A DNA stretch of 64,000 bases from Eledone cirrhosa (lineage: Eukaryota), in assembly GCA_964016885.1 (NCBI GenBank), contig OZ024751.1, forward strand, positions 33,852,001-33,916,000, in the 5' to 3' direction. Positions 55,027 through 64,000 of the stretch are shown piece by piece. Made by a program: the position numbers and the translations under genes. Positions within the stretch are counted from its first letter, which is position 1, and every line of letters starts with the position of its first letter. The notes under the pieces were generated by a model. It ran no database searches, was not told the DNA's origin, and saw only the letters and a program-made list of their open reading frames with translations.

Positions 55027-55766
55027 GCATGTTTGTACATGTAAAAAGATGTGATTGATTGTAATATTATCCAACAGTCCAAGCTTACAACTTGCAAAGC
55101 TGTAGTATTTATATATTTATATATTTATTGTCAGTTATGGTGTCGTACGATAAGAAAGTGTGTAATTGTGGCCACCTCCACTGTTGATAGGAGCGAGATG
55201 TCTAGATGTTTCACTGAGATTGATGTCAACGTTTCTTTTGGCAGCTCGAATGAATTCCCTTTAAACGTAACTCTGCCATAAATATTGTGTAGATATATAT
55301 GATGTATCAAAGGTGATCGGCCATTGGCCATTGGGCTGGGGGGGGGGGGGGGGCTGAAAGTGTGATGGACTTATAGAAACTACTAGAATCTTCCTTTAAA
55401 ACTCCCATCTTCCATCGTCCAATTTTTCTTCTTTTTGCTTCTTGTTCGTGTAATTTTACATCCTCCAGTTGCTAGTCGATGTCTTGGTAAAGTTGTTTGC
55501 GGTGGTACCTCCATCTTGTCGTACCCGAAGATTGCTAATTTCTATTACGGCCGTACACATGAAATGGAACAAAGCTACTAACATGTTCATACTTCCCCCG
55601 CCCCTCCCCTCTCTCTTTCTCTACAACTCTTTGGGGCTGATTCTACTTGTGTTCCAGAATTTCACATACATTGGTACACCTCCCTGCGTTGGTCAGTTGA
55701 GACGCACACAAACACACACATACACACACACACACACACACTTATCCACCCAAAATGTATCTGCGA

Positions 55767-55958
55767 TTATCATTTCTGTTTTTGTTATCATTACTGTTTT
55801 GTTATCATTTCTGTTTTTGTTATCATTACTGTTTTTGTTATTATCATTACTGTTTTGTTATTATCATCTCTGTTTTTGTTATTATCATTACTGTTTTGTT
55901 ATTATCATTACTGTTTTGTTATTATCATTACTGTTTTTGCTATTTCCATTACTGTTTT
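55767..55958. repeat. ~19-22-bp tandem repeat TTATCATTACTGTTTTGTTA
   Basis: About 9 units. Confidence 0.85.
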
Positions 55959-56835
55959 CTTTTTTAGTTGTATGTTTAATAGTTATCTGGCGTTTCCTGT
56001 CATATTTTATACGTTGATGAAGTAACATCGCTGACGAGATCGTGTATGTATGTTTGTGTGTGCTAGCGTATATTTGTGTGTGTGTGTGTGAATTTATATA
56101 ATTATGTGTGTGTAATGAGTATTTGTGTGTATATATATATACATATATAGAAATATGAGTGTGTGTGTGTGTGTAGACGTGTATGTGTGTGTGTAGACGT
56201 GTGTATATATATGTAGGTGTGTATAATACGTGTATAATGTATATGGAGAGCCCGACAGACTGACAGACTGACAGATCAACAGAGGTGTAAGATAGATTCT
56301 AGAGTAAATAGATAAATGTAGAGATATCACATTATCACATTTGCTTGTTTAGAAATATAATTATCAATAATAATTATTATTATTTTCACTAATGATAATA
56401 ATAACTCACCATTTACCGCCATATTTTGTTTAGTAAAAAACAGTTTTTCTTCTATTTGTTATTTATTTTATTTCTTTGTTGTTTTCCTGTATTTCTTTAT
56501 ATATTTGTTAGTAATGTTGGCTTTTGGGGGGAAGGGTGTTATTTTCGTTTGTAGATTATTTGTTGTTGTTGTTGCTTCTGTATCTTCATTAATGTTCGCT
56601 CATTATTTTTTTTTAATTAAAGAAAATGTTCCGTGCAAAGTTGAAGATAAACTTGTGTTTTATTTTGTTGTGTTTTTGTTTGTTTTTCAATTTAATATTT
56701 TTTTCTTCTTCTTACTTTTAATTATGAAAACTTTCTACACTTATCTTTAAAGCACAACCTACACTTCTACTCTACTTCACAATATTACTCTTTCTCTATC
56801 TCTTTCAATAGAACACAACTTATATATATATATAA

Positions 56836-57088
56836 TATTTATTTATGTTTATACATGGAACAAAAGAGTTACCCAAGGTTTCACGGTCAAGATTTGACCA
56901 TTCCTCCAGAAAACAAAGGACATCAAAATAGTGAATTTATTTCTTTATTTCAGGTGTTAATAAATTAGTATTAGCACCTGAAATAAAGTCACTATTTTTT
57001 ATGACTCTCGTTTTCTGGAGGAATGGTCAAATTTTGACCGTGATATCTTGGGTAAGTCTTTTGTTCCGTGTATGAACATAAATAAATA
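56836..57088. repeat. Imperfect 250-bp foldback element next to (TA)n
   Basis: ~120-bp arms centred near 56965, with about a dozen mismatches and one indel. Confidence 0.9.
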
Positions 57089-57090
57089 AT

Positions 57091-57307
57091 GGTTTCTTAT
57101 TTAGGCACAGGGCCAGCAATTTTGAGGGAGGGGAAAGTCGATTAAATCGACCCCAGAGTGTGACTGGTACTTTATTTTATCAACCCCGTAAGGCTGAAAG
57201 GCAAAGTTAACCTCGACGGGATTTGAACTCAGATCATAAAGGGTCGTAACTCTTTGCTGAAAAGCATGGCGTTCGACCCTCTACCGATACTGCCAATCCA
57301 CCGCCCT
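57091..57307 (-). mobile_element. SINE, same family, inserted at the end of the foldback
   Basis: 18-bp TSD TGAACATAAATAAATAAT 57073-57090 / 57308-57325. Confidence 0.9.
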
Positions 57308-57394
57308 TGAACATAAATAAATAATACCATATTTCTGCTCTCTTCCCGATTGAGCACTGGTTTCATTTTCCTTTTCACATCTACGGATATTGCT

Positions 57395-57555
<161 letters not shown>

Positions 57556-57739
57556 CTTATATGTGTATAGTCTGTTCACTAGTATGACATTTGTGTAAAT
57601 TAGTAAAATATGTTTTAATGAAAGTAATTTCCGTTCAAATAACGAAACACTTACAGCCTGACCGTCTGTCTAAGATATTATGAATAATATATATTTTATG
57701 AGTGTTCATATATATATATATTTTTTTATATATATATAC

Positions 57740-57779
<40 letters not shown>

Positions 57780-59096
57780 ATATATGTATATATGTGTGTG
57801 TATATATATAGATAGATATGTGTGTATATGTATATAAAATACATATATCTGAATGTGTGTATGTTAATATGTCTGTATGTGTGTATATATGTATGTATGT
57901 GTGTGTGTATGTAGGTATGTATAAGTACGTATGTATATAAGTAAGTAATGTATGTATAGACAATAGAGAAATACTTCAGTCTATCACCGGCGAACTATAT
58001 GGGAACGAGCTTCATCTGTAATTCAGAATGAAATTATGACAACAATCAGGTCTACTAAAATAGATAGAAATGAGGAAATTTGAATTTATCATACACAGTA
58101 AATAGGTCCATATTATATTTAATAGAAGATATGTATTAATCCGTTGTTACATATGCTCTCATATATTTATATACATCTGTCTATGTGTGTCGACACACAG
58201 ATACACACACTTTTGTATATATATATATATATATATATATATAACGATATGTATGTTTGTGTGTATTTATATCAGGCTTGTATATGTATGGATCCAATAT
58301 ATAAAACTACCGCCACCTTTAGTACCAACACCCCTCCACCAACACCACTAACATTGCTATACTGTACCTACAACCACATTAACAACTTCCAGTTAAAATG
58401 TCCATTTCCATTAAACAAACACTTGTGTAATGGCGGCTGATAACAGCTACTTGTAGAGCATGGACTGGATATATAACATCGAGAGAGGACAATAGCAACG
58501 GGAATATGGTTAACGGTTGGTGTGATGGTGATGGTGATGATGGTGATCGTGATGGTGATCATGATAGAGGTCCCTGTTGTGGTCGGGTGGACGGCAGCAC
58601 GGGTCTTGAATGAGAAACTGAGTAGCGACTGACGGAGACTTGCTTTTGTATGACATTCCTCGCTACCTAATATAATGTATGTAATCTATGTATATATGTA
58701 TATACATGTATGTATATATGTATGTATATATGTGTATATATGTGTGTATATATGTATGTATATATGTGTATATATGTATGTGTGTGTGACTGCGCATGTC
58801 CACTTGCACCCATATATCAGAATTAAGGGTGTAGAGCCTTTTTTAATTAAGTGTATGCCATACACCAGTCTCCCACAATAAAAGATGATGAATAAGAAGA
58901 AAGAAGGGGAAGAAGATGAAAGAAAGAAACTGTGAGAGGCAGTATGAGTAAAGACAGAGAGGGAAAGATAGAGAGAGAGGGAAAGAAATAGAGGGGAGGG
59001 AGAGAGGGACAGAAAAAACAGAAACCAGAATGAGAAAGAAAAGTGTAAAATGGGAAACAAGCTAATCCAGTTGTTATAGAGGATGTGTACACACAC

Positions 59097-59245
59097 ACAT
59101 ATAAACATAGACATACATACACATATAAACATAGACATACACACACATATAAACATAGACATACATACACATATAAACATAGACACACATACACATGTAA
59201 ACATAGACACACATACACATGTAAACATAGACACACATACATACA
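59097..59245. repeat. 24-bp tandem repeat ACATATAAACATAGACAYACATAC
   Basis: About 6 units. Confidence 0.85.
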
Positions 59246-59457
59246 CATATACACATACGTACGAACACGAGCACGAGGAAATACTTACACATATACACAC
59301 ATACATACACACACATACCATTATTCTTTAACCGACTTGTGTATACATGTAAAATGTATGTTTATGTACCTAGATGTACTTAATGCATGTTTGAATGTTT
59401 ATATACATATATATATATATATGTGGGGGGGGGGGTATATGTACATATAGTGTATAA

Positions 59458-59489
<32 letters not shown>

Positions 59490-59502
59490 ATATATATGTG
59501 TG

Positions 59503-59536
<34 letters not shown>

Positions 59537-59609
59537 TATGTATATAGATATATATATGTATATGTATATGTATATATATATATATGTATATATTTATGTA
59601 GATATGTAT

Positions 59610-59665
<56 letters not shown>

Positions 59666-60382
59666 GTATATATATATATATATGTGTGTGTGTGTATGTG
59701 TGTGTGTGTGTGTGATTGCAAGTAGGTATATTTGTGTTTCTTTTACCTTCTTTTTATCTGCCCTGAATTTATATATATGTATATATATACACACGCCTGT
59801 CGTGTGTTTATACAAGTTTGATGCATGAAGGCAATTTTACAATTCTACTTGTGTATGTTTTCTTCCTTCTTGTTATTTAATCATTTTATCTATGTTTTAT
59901 ATATACACACAAAAAACACCTAATGCGTGTATATACATCTGTGTCTATATACATTTGTGTCTATATACATATGTGTCTCCAAGTATATGTCTATATATGT
60001 GTGTAAAATTCTCTGTCTATAATTCTCTGTGTATAAATATATATCTAACTCTCCTTGTAAGAGTCTCACTGTGTATATATATATACTTGTGTGTGTATAA
60101 CTATATATCTATGTATTTGTGTATGTGTCACACTTTGAGCATGTTTTATGGATGTGTATAACTGTATGTCTATATCTGTGTGTATCTGTATATGTATCAG
60201 GGCGTGTGTCTGTTTGTACATGTGTGTGTATCTGTGTTTGTGTATGTTTGTTAGAATGTGTGAAGATGTATGTGAGTGTATGTGTGTTTCTCTACGGCTG
60301 ACACTCTCCGTTTTCCATTTAAAATGGCCTGTTTGCTGAGCTGTCAATATGTCGTACCATAGAATACAATCTTAGTAATTAG

Positions 60383-60548
60383 ATGGCACTTCAGGGCACA
60401 TACACACACACATTATGGCACACACACACATAGATTATGGCACTTTGGGCACACACACACACACAATATGGCACTTTGGGCACACACACACATTATGGCA
60501 CTTCAGGGCACACACAGATAGAAAGTGGAACTTCTTGGCACACACATT
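60383..60548. repeat. TGGCACTTYRGGGCA(CA)n compound repeat
   Basis: About 6 units. Confidence 0.8.
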
Positions 60549-60574
60549 GAAAATGTGTTTGACATATCAACCAC

Positions 60575-60807
60575 ACCTATTACCACCACCACCAATACTA
60601 CTGCTGCTGTTTCTACCACTACTACTACTACCACTACCACTACTACTACTACTACTACTACCACCACTACTACTACAACCACTAATACTACTACTACTAC
60701 CACTACTATTGCTAATACCACTACTACTACCACTACCACTACTATTACTACTACTACCACCACTACTACCACTACTACTACTACTACTACCACTACTACC
60801 ACTACTA

Positions 60808-60847
<40 letters not shown>

Positions 60848-60978
60848 CACTACTACTACCACTACTACTACCACTACTAACACCACCACTACTACTACTA
60901 CCACTACTACTATTACTACTACCACTACTACTATTACAACTACCACTACTACCACTACTACCACAACTACCACTACTA

Positions 60979-61012
<34 letters not shown>

Positions 61013-61028
61013 AACTACCACTACTACC

Positions 61029-61103
<75 letters not shown>
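60575..61103. repeat. (ACT/ACC)n triplet tract, representative of similar tracts at 3810-4170, 10680-11350, 15290-15550, 15870-16115, 22260-22430, 28180-28470, 48540-48990
   Basis: Low-complexity triplets giving poly-T/V/L/H pseudo-ORFs. Confidence 0.95.
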
Positions 61104-61104
<1 letters not shown>

Positions 61105-61724
61105 TTGTCCTGCATATTTGTGTTGGTGTTTAGCAGAAGGTTTTTTTAGGCTCTCTGGAGAATCTGACAATCTGGTCTGTGCAAAGGACAATATTTTCTT
61201 TCTACATCTGTATATACATATATACATTCATATACACATATATACATTCATATACACATGCATTCATGCAGACACATACATATGTATATGTATATATGTA
61301 TATGTACATGTATATGTATATACATATATATATATATATATACATGGTAGCTGCCAACTCGTTTTCGAGTACGGCCACTACTTTATATCCATGTAGGAGA
61401 ACTCCTACCGATGCGCTGAACGAGTGTGACTTTTGAGTCCAGCCAGCGACTTGAAAACTCTGGTACAAACACTACACTTGTGGCAATTATTGACACATAG
61501 TGCTGGGCCCATGGTACCATGTGACTACACATACATACATACATACATACATACATACATACATACATACATACATACATACATACATACATACACACAT
61601 ACATACATACATACATACATACATACATACATACATACACACACACATACATACATACATACATACATACATACATACATACATACATACATACATACAT
61701 ACATACATGTATATGCATATGTAT

Positions 61725-61767
<43 letters not shown>

Positions 61768-61917
61768 TCCAGAAATAGCCGTCGAAACGTCTTGAGCTCT
61801 GCCGTCGGGGTCATACTTCTTCCTAGAGAGAGAGATGGATATGTATGTATGTATAAATATATATATTTATATATGTACATATCGCTATTTCTATTTTTCT
61901 CTTTTTTTTTACTTATA

Positions 61918-62055
<138 letters not shown>

Positions 62056-63552
62056 GTATTTGTTAATGTGCGATACAGCGTGTATTTATATCAGAGAGAA
62101 AGACTCTTAATAAGTTAGGGGGAGAAATACATAGGAAACAGAGATATGGAGAGAAAGATAGAGAGAGAGATGATGATGATGAGACATAGGTTGGAGAGTG
62201 TGGCGGTGAGAGAGGAGAGGGTGAGAGAAGGATAAAAGGAGAACGAATGTTTGCATGTAATCTTGATTGCTGTGGCTGTTTCAATAGGTGAGATAAAATG
62301 GTTTCCAGATTAACATGTAATGCTTGCATTAGTCTATAGCTGCTGATTTACTTGGTGCCAATCATTGCATTCAAGCTGGCATGTAGCTCTCTCTCTCTCT
62401 TTCTCACTCACTCTCTCCCCCCTCTCTCTCCCTCGTTATGTAACTATCTCTCATTCTCTCTCTTTATCTATTAATATATCTATCAGTGTTCATTCTCTGT
62501 GTGTGGAGGTGGCGGTAGAGGTGGATGTGTTGGTGGGTAGATATGAAAACACTGTAGATTTGCGGTTCTGACTGTGAGCTTATGTACATATGTAAATGGC
62601 AATATATAAGTAGAGCATGTATATATATATATATATATATGCATGTATGAATGTATTTCTTTGTGTGTGTTATACATACATACATGTGACTGTATACAGA
62701 TGTATGCGTATATCTCTGTATAGTTTTTGATTACATGTTTGTGGCTGTAAGTGCAGCCGAGAAGCCATTAGTGATATCGTAGTTTCACCAAACATGACAA
62801 AGATCAACACATGCACCCTATCGTTTATATCTAAAGCAACTATATCTGCTAAATATTTTAAAGGACATGCTCCATTTCACACTCTTTGACTCAAACACAA
62901 CATACATGTATATATATGTGTGTAGATATATATATTGTAGGATCTGTTTCCACAACAGAATGAGAAATTTCTCATTTTTCCAATAAATGGTTTAATTTGG
63001 GCTCTCACTATAAATAACTGTTTCTACTTTTGGCACAAGGCCAGAAATTTGAAAGGAACAGGGAAGTCGATTAAATCGCCTCTGTTCCTTTACTGTTAGT
63101 TCTTCTGTGGAACCAAGGAGATGGTGGTACTATACATAGATCACATCACAGACATACTCTTCTCTCACACACACAGTTGCACAGTTACATCAATCCTTAG
63201 AAGATTGATCCCAGAAAAGAGAGCAAGCGATCGTTAGATTAGAGCAAGTAGATTATGTTTCCATAGGTTTCTACATTGCTGATAGCGTCGGCTGGTTGCA
63301 GCTCGTGGCAGAAAAAAAAACTTTTCCAGCGCGCGGGATTTGAACTCAGAACGTACAGAGCCGGAACAGTTAGCGCAGATCATGACATGGCGTTGGAATT
63401 GATTAATCGACACCAAAATAAGGCAAATTTGACATTGGCGACGGATGACCGCAGAAAGGTGTAACCAATACCAAAACTATCAATGGAACGCCCAAGTATA
63501 ATTCGAACTTGCTGATCACTTCTGAAACAAAAAGAATAAAAGTAACATTATG

Positions 63553-63750
63553 TAGCGTCGGACACCATGCTTTGAAGCATAGAGTTACGGCCCTTTACTG
63601 CCTGAGTTCAAATCCCGCCGAGGTTAGCTTTGCCTTTCGTCATTACAAGGTCGATAAAATAAAGTACCAGTAATGGACTGGAGTTGATTTAATCGACTCT
63701 CCCCTCTCCCAAATTGGCTGGCCTTGTGCCTATAGTAAAAATCATTATTT
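63553..63750 (+). mobile_element. SINE, same family, slightly 5'-truncated (further fragments at 63020-63080 -, 63332-63400 -, 27650-27728 +, 35855-35990 -)
   Basis: B-box, core and GCCTTGTGCCTATAGTAAAA tail. Confidence 0.85.
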
Positions 63751-64000
63751 AAATCTTCTGCCATCCTTTATAACTGATTGCAATATAAAAAGACGACAGA
63801 TATATTTAACCATATCACTAAATAATACAAACACTTTGTATAGATAATCATTGCCACCACCCTCTCCGCCATTATCATCGCCAACATCTTCTACATCGTC
63901 ATCATATTCATGAAATAACATCGCTAAATAAACCGAGTCTCTGTTGAAACCTTACAGATTGTTGTGAACATGAAACCATATATGTGCAACATCTTCAGAT

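Noticed and set aside
56943-56988. miRNA-like inner hairpin with TAGCACC, and apparent GU bias of arm mismatches
   Set aside because: It is part of a larger foldback and does not match miR-29 beyond the seed; A-C mismatches also occur in the arms.

Overview
AT-rich, microsatellite-saturated eukaryotic non-coding DNA, either intergenic or a large intron. The repeat landscape suggests an octopus or other coleoid cephalopod (inference). No host protein-coding gene is recognisable, and almost all entries in the ORF track are translations of (TA)n, (CA)n, (GA)n or triplet tracts. The only real coding sequences belong to mobile elements. Two young, 5'-truncated R4/Dong-clade non-LTR retrotransposons (RT plus CCHC knuckle plus restriction-like endonuclease) sit in tandem in a (TAA)n tract at 41451-45267. 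A near-identical inverted 3' fragment lies at 37551-38018, and three older relics of the clade are present. Other elements are a Hsmar2-like mariner 5' half with its TIR, a Helitron 3' end, an RTE RT relic, about a dozen tRNA/Nin(Deu)-type SINE copies with TSDs, and several minisatellites including a 2.46-kb array of a 25-bp unit. The most notable signal is a set of type I hammerhead ribozyme motifs with no adjacent ORF. Two are canonical (21118, 29612), two are near-canonical (29071 and 29168, head-to-head in a 197-bp near-perfect palindrome), and several are degenerate. They co-occur with (TA)n tracts and with inverted (foldback) duplications of flanking DNA.
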